The position numbers and the translations under genes were made by a program. The notes under the pieces were generated by a model. It was not told where the DNA came from. It was given only the letters and a program-made list of their open reading frames with translations, and did not search any database. Shown here piece after piece: positions 10,633-21,654 of a stretch of 64,000 nt of DNA. This DNA is from an uncultured delta proteobacterium (GTDB taxonomy: Bacteria > Myxococcota > B64-G9). The stretch covers positions 1,216,001 to 1,280,000 of the forward strand of contig CAVWHX010000004.1 of NCBI GenBank assembly GCA_963754925.1, written 5' to 3'. Within the stretch, counting starts at the first letter, position 1. Each line of letters starts with the position of its first letter.

Positions 10633-11709
10633 ATGCGTATACTTCACCTCATACCTAACCTGTCTGGTGGCGGAGCAGAACAACAGCTCAGTTATCTAGC
10701 ACCCGAGTTGGCCAAAATGGGTCATGATGTTCATATTGCCTATATCAAAGAAGGCACTTACAAACCTGAATTGTCCGGCGTTGTTCTTCACAGACTTACG
10801 ACGCGATATAATTATGACCCCTATTTGCTCTGGCAACTGTTTCGAATTGCCCGACTTATCAAGCCAAACATCATAAATACATGGATTTTACAAATGGACA
10901 TTCTAGGGGGAATAGGGGCAAAGCTCAATAAGATTCCTTGGATATTTCGCGAGCCGAGCTCGACCGTGGGCTATTCACCGACATGGAAAAACCGGTTGCG
11001 AGTTCGGGTAGGTTCCTTTGCGAACGCTATTGTATCCAATTCTCGAGGTGGTGACGAATATTGGAAGACCAAGCTTCCGTACAGTCGCCGTTATATCGTA
11101 TCCAACGGATTGCCAATGGACGAAATTGATAATACTGTAGCGGTATTGCCGCTTGGCTTATCAAAGCTGGATGCTCCCATGGTGCTTTGTGTTGGTCGGA
11201 TGATAGCATCCAAGAATCTGAGACTATTTTTGGAAGCGCTGGCATGCGTTAAGCAAGGACATAATGTGTCGGGTATTTTCTGCGGTGAAGGCCCACAGCG
11301 ATCCGAATTGGAGGGGTTGAGACACAAGCTTGGGTTAGATGGGGATGTTCATTTTTTGGGTCATTTGCCGATCGCCTCGGTTTGGGCCATACTCAAAAAA
11401 GCAACGGTTTTTGTATCGCTGAGTGCGTATGAGGGATGTCCCAACACGGTCATGGAAGCCATGGCGTGCGGTTGTCCACTTGTGCTCTCTGATATCCCAG
11501 CGCATCGTGAGATTGTCGATGGACGTTGTGCGTTGTTTGTTGATCCATCAAACTCACAGCAGGTTGCTGATAACATTATTGATACTCTAAGTAATGCGGG
11601 TGCTTCGAGAGGTCGTGCCTTGATTGCAAAACAAAAGACCCGGGATTGGTCAACAGTAGCAATGGCGAGAAATTATGAAAGAGTTTATAAAGATATACTA
11701 TGTCTATAG
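10633..11709 (+). CDS. Glycosyltransferase family 4
   Basis: MRILHLIPNLSGGGAEQ, EGCPNTVMEAMACG. Confidence 0.93.
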   Translation: MRILHLIPNLSGGGAEQQLSYLAPELAKMGHDVHIAYIKEGTYKPELSGVVLHRLTTRYNYDPYLLWQLFRIARLIKPNIINTWILQMDILGGIGAKLNKIPWIFREPSSTVGYSPTWKNRLRVRVGSFANAIVSNSRGGDEYWKTKLPYSRRYIVSNGLPMDEIDNTVAVLPLGLSKLDAPMVLCVGRMIASKNLRLFLEALACVKQGHNVSGIFCGEGPQRSELEGLRHKLGLDGDVHFLGHLPIASVWAILKKATVFVSLSAYEGCPNTVMEAMACGCPLVLSDIPAHREIVDGRCALFVDPSNSQQVADNIIDTLSNAGASRGRALIAKQKTRDWSTVAMARNYERVYKDILCL

Positions 11710-12685
11710 ATGTCGAAAAGTATCAGTGCACAGCCTGCAGCGATTTTTTAGTTTTCGGCAATGGAACGCAAAAAGAAGACGAAAGCATTTGTGAAGGAAG
11801 ACTTTTATGCCGCACCTGTAGAAAACAATACCCCATAATAAATGGAATACCACGTTTTGTTTCCGTTGAGAATTATGCAAGTTCTTTTGGATACCAGTGG
11901 AATATACACCGCAGAACACAGTTGGACAGTTACACGGGCTTACCTCTATCACGAAACCGTCTTTTAATGTTTCCGGATGGTCAGAAAATTTGGAGGGAGA
12001 GCGGATATTAGAGGCCGGTTCTGGTGCGGGACGCTTTACAGAGGCGCTTCTACAAACAGGCGCCGAGGTATATTCCTTCGATTTCTCTAACGCCGTTGAA
12101 GCCAACCAGATAAATAATGGCCACATGCCCAATCTGCATCTTTTTCAAAGTGATATATTCAATATTCCGCTTCCCAAGGAGTCGTTCGACAAAGTTATTT
12201 GTTTGGGCGTGTTGCAGCACACACCTGAGCCCAAACGCAGCTTTATCGAACTCTCAAGGTACGTTAGACCTGGCGGTGAACTCGTCGTAGACGTTTACAA
12301 ATCAACTTTTATCTCGTTATTACATTGGAAATACCTTTTACGACCGGTAACCAAACGGATGAAAAAAGAGAGTCTCTATAAGTTGGTAACACTTCTCGTG
12401 CCTATCATTTTACCGCTCAGTAAATTTATGCGAATGTTGTTTGGGCGGGCAGGGGCTAGGCTGCTCCCAATAGTTGAATATACATACCTCGGACTGCCAC
12501 CAGAGATAAATAACGAGTGGGCTATTCTTGATACCTTCGATATGTATTCTCCAGCCCACGATCATCCGCAATCTTTGCGAACTGTTAAAAAATGGTTTTC
12601 AGAAGCCGGATTTACCGATGCCGTCGTGCAGTACGGTCCAAGTGGTATTGTGGGCAGAGCAAAAAAACGATATGAGAAAAAATAG
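11700..12685 (+). CDS. Class I SAM methyltransferase with N-terminal Trm112-like Cys knuckle, frameshift near 11962-11965
   Basis: C..C...C..C.KQYPIINGIPRF, SFGYQW, ILEAGSGAGRF, GVLQHTP; adding one T joins the two ORFs. Confidence 0.85.
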
Positions 12686-12699
12686 GAAACACTAAAAAC

Positions 12700-14574
12700 A
12701 TGTGCGGTATTGTCGGCATATTTTCAAAATGTCCTATAGACAATCCGAATCGTCTCTTGACGATGCGTGACGCCATGATTCATCGGGGACCAGATAGCGC
12801 AGGAGTTTGGTGGTCTTCAGACAAACGGTTAGGAATGGCGCACCGGCGATTGGCTATTATTGACCTTTCACCGGGTGGTCACCAGCCCATGGAAGATAGC
12901 TCAGGCCGGTATGCTATTATTTTTAACGGTGAAATATATAACTACAAAGAGTTGCGCGAGGAGTTGTTAAGAGCGGGTCATACCTTCCGTTCGAGCAGCG
13001 ATACGGAGGTCCTGCTTGAATCTTACAAAGAATGGGGGAAGAGTTGTTTACAGCGTTTCATAGGTGCTTTCGTATTTGTAATATATGACGACGCCCGCCA
13101 GGAGCTTTTTCTTGCTCGTGATCGGGCGGGTGAGAAACCGTTGTTCTACAAACATTCAAATGATGGTTTTGTTTTCGCGTCGGAACTTAAAGCAATGATG
13201 GCCGACCCGGAATTTTCACGCGAATTAGATTTAGATGCGCTCGACTATTACCTCACCTATGGTTATGTTTCCGGCGACCAAGCAATTCTCAAAGAGACCC
13301 ACAAACTTCCCCCCGGGCACGCCATGATTTATAGTGTGGAAAAGAAGTGCGCAACTATTTGGCGCTATTGGCAACTTCCTGAGAATCTGCCTCGGCCTGG
13401 TGTTTCGACGGATGAGCTTACGGAAGAGCTGAATACAATTCTGTCTGAAGCTGTTCGCAGACAATTGGTGGCTGATGTACCGATTGGTATTTTACTCAGT
13501 GGCGGTATTGATTCATCGCTTATCACCGCCATTGCTGCAAAGGTATCGAACCAGCCGATAAAAACCTTCACTATTTCTTTTCCGGGGCATGGTTCATTTG
13601 ACGAAGGTCCTTATGCCAAATTAGTAGCCGAATATTTTGAAACAGATCATACTGAACTGGTCGCCGAACCAGCCTCGGTATCTCTTTTACCACAGCTTGT
13701 GAGGCAATATGACGAACCGCTGGCCGATCATTCAATCGTACCCACCGCGATGCTCGCTGGTCTTGTCAGGAAGTCCGTTACGGTAGCTCTCAGTGGAGAC
13801 GGTGGGGATGAGCTGTTTGGAGGCTACCCACATTATAATTTCTTGAGGAGGATTGATTGGTTAAGGGAACACATGCCAAAAGGTTTCAGAAAAATATTAT
13901 CATCTATAGCATCCCATGCCTTACCCGTAGGAACGAGAGGGCGGAATCACATTATCGGGTTTGAGGGAAAAGCGGCCTCCAGTGTTAGTGCGATAAATGT
14001 ATATTTCGACAAAGTATTTCGACGAAAGCTTTTGTCACCATTGTATCGTTCTGGTTATATGCCTTCAGTCTCACCTGAATCGAAGAAAATAGCACAGGTC
14101 GATACCTCATTGAACATTTTCCAATTTGCAACAAGAACAGATTTCAAAACAACCATGGTGGATGATTATCTGGTTAAGACGGACCGGGCAAGTATGCTTC
14201 ATTCATTGGAACTACGAGCTCCTTTCTTAGATCACAGGCTCATCGAATTCGCATTCGGGCGGATGCCGGATAATCTACGGGCGACAACGAATGAGCGGAA
14301 GATTCTTCTCAAAAGACTTGCACAACGTCACTTGCCCCTGTCACTGGATATTGATCGCAAACAGGGTTTTTCACTGCCTCTAATGACTTGGTTTAAGGGT
14401 ACGTGGGGGGCTTTTATGACCGATGTATTAATGGAAGCTGAGCCCAGAATTTTTGATAAAAAGGCAATCATGAGCCTGATTAAGGGACAGCGTTGGGGTC
14501 TCGCCAATACAAGCCGTTTGTTTGCATTAACGATGTTCGAACTGTGGCGGCGTGAATATAAGATTACCTGGTGA
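12700..14574 (+). CDS. asnB: Second asparagine synthase-like amidotransferase
   Basis: MCGIVG, HRGPD, RRLAIID, LSGGIDSS, SGDGGDELFGGY, LELRAPFLD. Confidence 0.95.
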   Translation: MCGIVGIFSKCPIDNPNRLLTMRDAMIHRGPDSAGVWWSSDKRLGMAHRRLAIIDLSPGGHQPMEDSSGRYAIIFNGEIYNYKELREELLRAGHTFRSSSDTEVLLESYKEWGKSCLQRFIGAFVFVIYDDARQELFLARDRAGEKPLFYKHSNDGFVFASELKAMMADPEFSRELDLDALDYYLTYGYVSGDQAILKETHKLPPGHAMIYSVEKKCATIWRYWQLPENLPRPGVSTDELTEELNTILSEAVRRQLVADVPIGILLSGGIDSSLITAIAAKVSNQPIKTFTISFPGHGSFDEGPYAKLVAEYFETDHTELVAEPASVSLLPQLVRQYDEPLADHSIVPTAMLAGLVRKSVTVALSGDGGDELFGGYPHYNFLRRIDWLREHMPKGFRKILSSIASHALPVGTRGRNHIIGFEGKAASSVSAINVYFDKVFRRKLLSPLYRSGYMPSVSPESKKIAQVDTSLNIFQFATRTDFKTTMVDDYLVKTDRASMLHSLELRAPFLDHRLIEFAFGRMPDNLRATTNERKILLKRLAQRHLPLSLDIDRKQGFSLPLMTWFKGTWGAFMTDVLMEAEPRIFDKKAIMSLIKGQRWGLANTSRLFALTMFELWRREYKITW

Positions 14575-14583
14575 AAGTTCAAA

Positions 14584-15726
14584 ATGCGGTTGGGCATTGA
14601 TGCTTCGAATATTAGCGGTGGCGGCGGTGTTACACACTTAAACGAAATACTGAAGGTTGCGCAGCCAATTGCCTATGGCTTTAATCGTGTGATCGTCTGG
14701 AGTCGTTCGGCAACACTTGACAGGATTGTCGATCGGTCTTGGTTGCGTAAATTTTATGATCCTATGTTGGATAAAGCATTACCGTTTCGTTTGTACTGGC
14801 AACGATTTGTCCTTGAACGGTATTTGTGTCAGGAAAAATGTGATGTGCTTCTTGTTCCGGGAGGTGCATTTGTCGGGACATTCAGACCGTTTATAACCAT
14901 GTCACGCAACATGTTACCCTTTGACTGGTCTGAAGCGAGAAGATATAACATATCCTGGATGCACTTAAAGATGACGTTACTTCACTACGTGCAGATTCAT
15001 ACATTTAATAGAGCAGATGGCTTAATATTTCTAACTGACTATGCATATGATATAATAAAAAATAACATGAGAGAAATGCACGGTTTGAGCACCGTTATAC
15101 CGCACGGAATGAATAAGCAATTCCCTCTCGCTCCAAGGGCTCAGCAATCCATTGAAAAATATTCGCCTGAGCGCCCTCTCAAAATTCTCTATGTGTCTAC
15201 CATAGATGTTTTCAAACACCAGTGGCACGTGGCAGAAGCGGTGGCGTATCTTAAGTCTCAACAATTACCTGTTCACCTCGATTTAATTGGTGCTGCATAT
15301 GAACCTGCGCTAAAGCGTCTACGGCGTGTGCTCCAACGGATTGATCCAACAGGTAGTATCATCAACTATCAAGGATTAGTTTCCTATTCTGAATTGTACA
15401 ATTGTTATCACAAAGCGGATATTTTTGTATTTGCTTCAAGTTGCGAGAATATGCCTAATATCCTTATTGAAGCAATGGCGGCAGGATTGCCTATTGCGTG
15501 TTCAAGCCGCGGTCCAATGCCTGAGGTGTTAGGGGATGCCGGGGTATATTTTGACCCTGAAAATCCAGCAGAAATTGCTGAAGTTCTCAGAGGGTTGATT
15601 GAGAATCCTAAGCTACGGGCAGAGAAAGCTGAATTAGCATTTAATAGTGCAAAGAAATTTACTTGGGATCGTTGCGCAAGTAAAACCTTTGAGTTCATTT
15701 CAAAAATTGCTAAGATAAAAACATAA
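14584..15726 (+). CDS. Glycosyltransferase family 4
   Basis: MRLGIDASNI.GGGG, ENMPNILIEAMAAG, PEVLGDAG.YFDP. Confidence 0.92.
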   Translation: MRLGIDASNISGGGGVTHLNEILKVAQPIAYGFNRVIVWSRSATLDRIVDRSWLRKFYDPMLDKALPFRLYWQRFVLERYLCQEKCDVLLVPGGAFVGTFRPFITMSRNMLPFDWSEARRYNISWMHLKMTLLHYVQIHTFNRADGLIFLTDYAYDIIKNNMREMHGLSTVIPHGMNKQFPLAPRAQQSIEKYSPERPLKILYVSTIDVFKHQWHVAEAVAYLKSQQLPVHLDLIGAAYEPALKRLRRVLQRIDPTGSIINYQGLVSYSELYNCYHKADIFVFASSCENMPNILIEAMAAGLPIACSSRGPMPEVLGDAGVYFDPENPAEIAEVLRGLIENPKLRAEKAELAFNSAKKFTWDRCASKTFEFISKIAKIKT

Positions 15727-15779
15727 CAAATTAATATTGTAATCGAAGAGATTTAGGATCTCGAAAGTTAAGGTGGAAA

Positions 15780-16805
15780 ATGTTTACAGAAAAGACGCTT
15801 CTTATCACTGGCGGTACGGGGACCTTTGGCAACGCTGTTTTGCAGCGTTTTTTGAAAACCGATATAAGAGAGATTCGTATTTTTTCCAGGGACGAAAAGA
15901 AGCAGGATGAGATGCGTAACGCCTTGAAAAGCCCAAAAGTCAAATTCTATCTTGGAGATGTGAGAGATTACGACAGTATTCTTCCTGCCATGCAAGATGT
16001 TGATTTGGCATTCAACGCTGCAGCACTAAAGCAGGTTCCATCATGCGAATTTTTTCCCGTAGAGGCTGTTCGCACTAACGCCTTGGGCGCCGAAAATGTC
16101 ATGAATTCAGCATTGGCTTGCAAGGTGAAAAATATGATAGTTTTAAGCACCGACAAAGCTGTGTATCCGATTAATGCCATGGGTATGTCGAAGGCACTCA
16201 TGGAAAAAATGATGATTGCTAAGGCACGGACATATGGATCAACGAGCACGATATTTTGCGGAAGCCGCTATGGCAACGTCATGTGCTCCCGGGGTTCAGT
16301 AATTCCATTGTTTATCAGCCAGATCTTGTCTGATATGCCTATTACAGTGACCGATCTTCATATGACCCGGTTCATGATGTCAATTGATGACGCTTTGGAT
16401 CTGGTTGTTTATGCGTTTCAGAATGCGCATCCAGGCGACATTTTTGTTCAAAAGGCGCCGGCGGCCACCATTGAAACCTTGGCAAACGCACTGAAAAAGC
16501 TTTTTAATAAAAAGATTGATATTCATATAATTGGAACCAGACATGGAGAAAAACTGTACGAAACACTTTTGACCCGAGAAGAAATGGCGAGGGCTGAAGA
16601 TTTGGGGAACTATTATCGAATACCTGCGGACATACGAGATCTTAACTATGCCCGTTATTTTACTGAAGGGCAAGCCGAAGTCTCAGGACAAGAGGACTAC
16701 AATTCACATAATACTCGGCAATTAGATGAAGATTGCCTTATTGAGTTACTGGTAAAGCTTGATTTTGTTCGGGATGCTCTTGCAACGGGGAAGATCAATT
16801 TATAA
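15780..16805 (+). CDS. fnlA: UDP-GlcNAc 4,6-dehydratase/5-epimerase (FnlA/CapE/WbjB type)
   Basis: ITGGTGTFG, FSRDEKKQDEMR, AALKQVPSCEFFP, YPINAMGMSKA, GTRHGEKLYE, DYNSHNT. Confidence 0.93.
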   Translation: MFTEKTLLITGGTGTFGNAVLQRFLKTDIREIRIFSRDEKKQDEMRNALKSPKVKFYLGDVRDYDSILPAMQDVDLAFNAAALKQVPSCEFFPVEAVRTNALGAENVMNSALACKVKNMIVLSTDKAVYPINAMGMSKALMEKMMIAKARTYGSTSTIFCGSRYGNVMCSRGSVIPLFISQILSDMPITVTDLHMTRFMMSIDDALDLVVYAFQNAHPGDIFVQKAPAATIETLANALKKLFNKKIDIHIIGTRHGEKLYETLLTREEMARAEDLGNYYRIPADIRDLNYARYFTEGQAEVSGQEDYNSHNTRQLDEDCLIELLVKLDFVRDALATGKINL

Positions 16806-16852
16806 AATATTCAACAGCTCCAGGAAGTTCATAAGGCGTTTTTGTATAAGAC

Positions 16853-17751
16853 ATGACAGTTAAGAAAAAGGTCTTGGTTTTGGGTGTTACTGGTATGCTG
16901 GGGCACATGGTCCACAGGGTGCTTGCGGCGTCGGCTACTATTGAAGCACACGGAACACACATCTTAGACAAGCAGTCCCCTTTTTACTTTGATGTGATGT
17001 CTGGTCTAGGAGAACTTGAAATAATTTGTGCCAAGTCGTCACGGTACGACTATTTCATTAATTGTATAGGAATACTTCCGGCAAAGATTGAAGACAAGGA
17101 TCCGGCCAGTATCCGTAAGGCGATCAAAATCAATTCTCTCTTTCCTCACGAATTATCTGCTTTTGCGAAAGATCACGGGGGAAGGGTTATACATATTTCT
17201 ACGGACGGGGTTTTTTCAGGTGATGCAGAGAGCTACTATGAAGACGACGCTCATGACTGCAAAGATCTTTACGGAATAACTAAAAGTCTTGGTGAGGTAT
17301 TTGCTGAGAATTTCCTTAACTTACGTTGTTCCATAATTGGTCCCAGTCCATTCCTTGGCGAAGGGTTAATGGAATGGTTTCTAAAACAACCTACTGGTGC
17401 TGTTGTGCCTGGTTATACAAATCATATATGGCATGGAATTTCTACCTATCAGTTTGGGAATCTCTGTCTCAAGATAATAGAAGGTGACCATTTTGAAAAG
17501 ATTAGAACAGAGTCTTCGGTTTTTCATTTTGCTCCCAATGAGCCTATCACAAAGTACGAACTTCTTCGTCTTTTTAAAGATTATATTTTAATAGAAATGT
17601 TACCATTGAAGCCACTACAAGCGATAATAAGATACACAAGCGTGTTCTTGATACAAAGTTCGGAGGTCTTAAGTATATCTATCCGTACGGTACTTCTGCC
17701 GACAGGATGGTTTCTGAATCGGCTACCTATATGAATAAAAATTGGGGATAA
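16853..17751 (+). CDS. RmlD-like NDP-4-keto-sugar reductase; probable frameshift near 17586-17589
   Basis: LGVTGMLG, HISTDGVF, YGITKSLGE, R.SIIG; adding one T gives ..FNRNVTIEAT..KRVLDT.. ending at TAA 17749-17751. Confidence 0.85.
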
Positions 17752-17755
17752 TTTT

Positions 17756-19039
17756 ATGCAAGTGGAGACAACTAAACCGATAGGTAAGTTTATACGTCGT
17801 ACGACCTGTCGTTTTTGTACAGGGTCTAATTTAAAAAGAATATTAGGTTTTGGTAATTTTCCGCTGGCTGGTGGTTTTCTCAAGGAAGAACATTTCCGCG
17901 ATGAAAAATATTATCCGCTTAATCTCAACTTATGTCAGGATTGCTTCTTGGTCCAAATAAGTGATGTTGTACCAGCAGAGGTATTATTTAAAGAAAATTA
18001 TTTTTTTTTCTCGTCAGCAATAGGTACCTTACTTGAACATTTTGAAGCCTTTGCCAAGGAAATTCATGAGAGATTTCTTAAGGATAGACGAGAATCATCT
18101 GCGTTTGAACTTGGGTGTAATGATGGTGTTTTACTCAAGCCGTTAGCTGCGCTTGGGGTGCGTGCAGTTGGAATAGATCCGGCCACTAATGTGGTAAATT
18201 CCATCAGTTCGAAAGATATAACGGTAATTAACGATTTCTTTTCTGAAAAACGCGCGATGGAAATCAAAAAAGAATACGGACAATTTGACGTTTTTCTGTC
18301 GAGCTATTCGTTCGCGCATATTGACAATATGATAGACATAATAAAAGGGGTTAAATGTTTATTGAAGGATGACGGAGTTCTCATAATTGAAATTTATTAT
18401 CTTAATACCCTTATCGATGAAATGCAATACGATATGATTTATCATGAACATATGAGTTATTACTCTCTAATATCCTTGAGCAGCTTTTTTAAAAAATATG
18501 ATATGGAGATTTTTGATCTACGATATATTCCAGGAGTACGATCGGGCTCAGTTCGTTTCTATGCAAAAAATATCGGACAGAGATCCGATAAAATATCGTC
18601 AGCAGTTTTTGATATGATTAAATGTGAAGAAAACAAGGGATTTGATAAACCCGAGACATACACGAGGTACGCAGAAAGTGTGGCAGAAACTCGTCGCGAT
18701 CTATTAGAGATGTTAACTCGGCTAAAGAGAGAAGGAAAAACCATTATTGGTTATGGCGCATCTGGCAGAGGGACAATTATTATGAACTATTGCGGTATTG
18801 ATGGCAATTATCTAGATTACGTAGTCGATGATGCACCGGCTAAACAGGGTTTCTTTACTCCTGGAACCCATGTACCAATCAAATCGTGGAATTTTGTTAG
18901 GGGCTCGAAGTTTCCAGATTATGCCGTATTATTTGCGTGGGCTTTTACAGATGAAGTAATTAAAAAGAGACAAGATTATATAAATAATGGCGGGAAATTT
19001 ATAATTCCACTTCCGAAGGTAAGAATATTTCCTGAATAA
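17756..19039 (+). CDS. NDP-sugar C-methyltransferase (Zn-binding N-terminus, TylCIII/EryBIII/TcaB9-like architecture)
   Basis: CRFC..L..G.FPLAG.F, C.DC.LVQ, ELGCNDG, YDMIYHEH.SY, GYGASGRG, KQG.FTPG.HVPI, GGKFIIPLP. Confidence 0.9.
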   Translation: MQVETTKPIGKFIRRTTCRFCTGSNLKRILGFGNFPLAGGFLKEEHFRDEKYYPLNLNLCQDCFLVQISDVVPAEVLFKENYFFFSSAIGTLLEHFEAFAKEIHERFLKDRRESSAFELGCNDGVLLKPLAALGVRAVGIDPATNVVNSISSKDITVINDFFSEKRAMEIKKEYGQFDVFLSSYSFAHIDNMIDIIKGVKCLLKDDGVLIIEIYYLNTLIDEMQYDMIYHEHMSYYSLISLSSFFKKYDMEIFDLRYIPGVRSGSVRFYAKNIGQRSDKISSAVFDMIKCEENKGFDKPETYTRYAESVAETRRDLLEMLTRLKREGKTIIGYGASGRGTIIMNYCGIDGNYLDYVVDDAPAKQGFFTPGTHVPIKSWNFVRGSKFPDYAVLFAWAFTDEVIKKRQDYINNGGKFIIPLPKVRIFPE

Positions 19040-19121
19040 CCGACAAAAATAACTGACAAATAATTTCTATTTTAACTAAAGAAGGTCAGCCGGTATCGAG
19101 TAGATACATTGGAGGTATGGG

Positions 19122-20207
19122 ATGAAGGTGATGACAATAATGGGTACAAGACCAGAGATGATTAAAATGTGGTCTGTATTGAAAAAATTGGATTTACTTA
19201 AATTTTAATCATATAATGGTTCATACAAGCCAAAATTTCACAAAGGAACTAAGAGATTTCTTTTTTAGAGACCTGGAATTAAGACCCCCAGATTTTAATC
19301 TCGAGATCAACACGAGTTCGTATGGAAACGAAATTGCTGATGTAATACGAAAGAGTGCAGAATTATTTGCAAAGGTAGAACCCGATGCATTAATTGTTCT
19401 TGGGGATACACATAGTGGGTTGTCGGTCTTGCCAGCATCACATCATGGCGTGAAAATATTTCACATGGAAGCCGGTTTAAGGGCATGGGATAAACGAATG
19501 CCGGAACAAAAAAATCGCATTTTAATAGAATCACATATCAGATATTTTATTGCCTTTCAATCAGTATCACAGAGAGAATTTAATAAGAGAAAATATCCAT
19601 CCTTCGAAGATCTTTGTTACGGGTAATCCAACATTTGAGGTGATGCGGGCTTTTCAAGATAAAATTAGAAATAGTGACATCCTCGATGTGTTAAGTGTTA
19701 AACCCAATGAGTATGTCGCGGTTACGGTGCATAGAAAGGAGAATGTTGACGATCCAGAATCGCTGCGGGCGATTCTGAAAGGGCTTTCTCTAGTTAGCGA
19801 AAAATTAAAAAAAGAAGTTATTTATCCTATGCATCCTAGAACTAAAAGCAAAATACAAGGAATGTCCATATCGAAAGGTATAAGAGTAATTAAACCGTTG
19901 GGATTTTATGACTTTTAATTTTTTAAATATGAATGCATTTTGTCTCCTCGGGGATTCCGGAACAACTCCTGAGGAAGGTTTGTTCTATAAAGTTCCATGT
20001 GTCAGTATACGTAAGACCACTGAGCGTCCTGAAACAGTGGAAGCTGGTGCTCATGTAGTAGCGGGAATTGATCCCAATAATATCGCTGAGTCCGTTGAGA
20101 CGGTTGTAAGCATGAAATGGAACGCGAGATATGATTTATGTGATGATTATAGTCCTTCATCGGTTGTAATTAACGTGCTTAGAGGCAACATAACGAATTA
20201 TTTTTAA
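19122..20207 (+). CDS. UDP-2-acetamido-sugar 2-epimerase (FnlC/WbjD/WecB family), three frameshifts (~19201, ~19529, ~19913)
   Basis: GGAGG RBS, MKVMTIMGTRPEMIK, VHTSQNF, LGDT, HMEAGLR, TVHRKENVD, DSG..EE, TERPE. Confidence 0.9.
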
Positions 20208-20250
20208 TACACATGTTATATAATTATTTTATTTGATAAGGGATATATAG

Positions 20251-21470
20251 GTGAATATTCTTCTGGTTGCTGACGCTTATCCGCCCCAACTTTATTCAAT
20301 ATCTCTTATGATGCGGCAATTGGCAGAAGAGCTTGTCATAAAAGGAAATAAGGTTACAGTTGTCACGCCTTGGCCTAGGGACAATGTTACGAATGAAGCT
20401 AAACAAATTACATATAGTGAATCCTCGATGGAAAATGGTGTTCGTGTTGTCAGAGTTAAAACACTTCCTCTTCATAAAATAAACTTTATCGTTAGGGGCA
20501 TCTCGCAACTGCTATTGCCAAAACTATTTATAGACAGAATTAGAAAGTATTGTAAAGACAAAATTGATGTGGTGATAGTCTATTCTCCTCCTCTTCCCTT
20601 TGCCATATTAGGAGTAAAAATTAAGAAGATTTTTAGGGCAAGATATATTTTAAACATTCAAGACATATTTCCGCAGAACGCTATAGATCTTGGCATTATG
20701 AGGAATAGGCTGTTAATCAAGTATTTCGAGAAGATGGAACAAAAAGCGTATCATTTTGCAGACAAAGTAACATCGCACACAATTACAAGTAGAAAATTCT
20801 TGATTAATGAAAGAATATACCCCCGGAAAAGATTCATTACATTCCTAACTGGATAGACGTAGATCCATACGTGAAGAAAAGTGATAAAAAATTCTTCAGA
20901 AATAAATTGGGACTTGAGGGCAAATTCATTATTTTATTTGCAGGCGTAATGGGTCCTTCACAGGGGCTAGATCTAATTATTAAGACTGCTAACGAGGTCA
21001 GGAGTATAGAGGAAATATATTTTCTATTTGTAGGTGAAGGAATGGAGAAGGAAAGATTAATGAAATTGACTGAGAACTACTCACTCAGGAATGTCATATT
21101 TCATGATTTCATCTCACAAGAAATGTATCCTGAACTGACAAAAGAGGTCGATGTGGGTCTTATTTGTTTAAGTAATATGAATAAGACTCCAGTTGTACCG
21201 GGGAAGATATTGGGATATATGGCTGCATCTCTTCCAATAGTAGCATTGCTCAATAAAGAAAGTGACGGTCATTTGATGATAAAAGAGGCTGAATGTGGTT
21301 ATTCAATGGTGTCTGATGCTACCCCAGAGAAAGTAAAAGAAATGATTCTTAAAGTCTTTGCCGAAAAAGATAAATTGAAACAATTTGGGGAGAATGGGAA
21401 GAGGTACGTGAATAAATATTTTACTAAAAGAGTTTGTATAGGTAATCTAGTGAGATTGATGACAGATTGA
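20251..21470 (+). CDS. Glycosyltransferase family 4, WbuB/WbjE-like, frameshift near 20810
   Basis: YPP..S..MRQLAEEL, YSPPLP, IQDIFPQNAIDLG, IPNWID (shifted frame), FAGVMGPSQGL, PGKILGYMAA. Confidence 0.88.
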
Positions 21471-21654
21471 GTGATTATATATATAGGAGTTTTTTAATTG
21501 AGGAAGATGGTTTTTTGGGTTCGGCAATCGAAAATCATAAAGTCAACAGACGGAAGAAAGATTGTTAGGGGAGAAGCTGTGTCCGAAAATAGGTCAGTCT
21601 GTCTAATTATAAGACACCTGGCAGAGCCTGGAAGGCATTCTATTGGAAGAACTT

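Noticed and set aside
5300..20815. Phase variation by slipped-strand mispairing
   Set aside because: Runs are only 2-4 nt, too short for contingency tracts, and the same kind of indel occurs in non-glycan genes
21484..21568. Possible epimerase N-terminal remnant (FLIEEDGFLGSAI)
   Set aside because: Too short and degenerate to support
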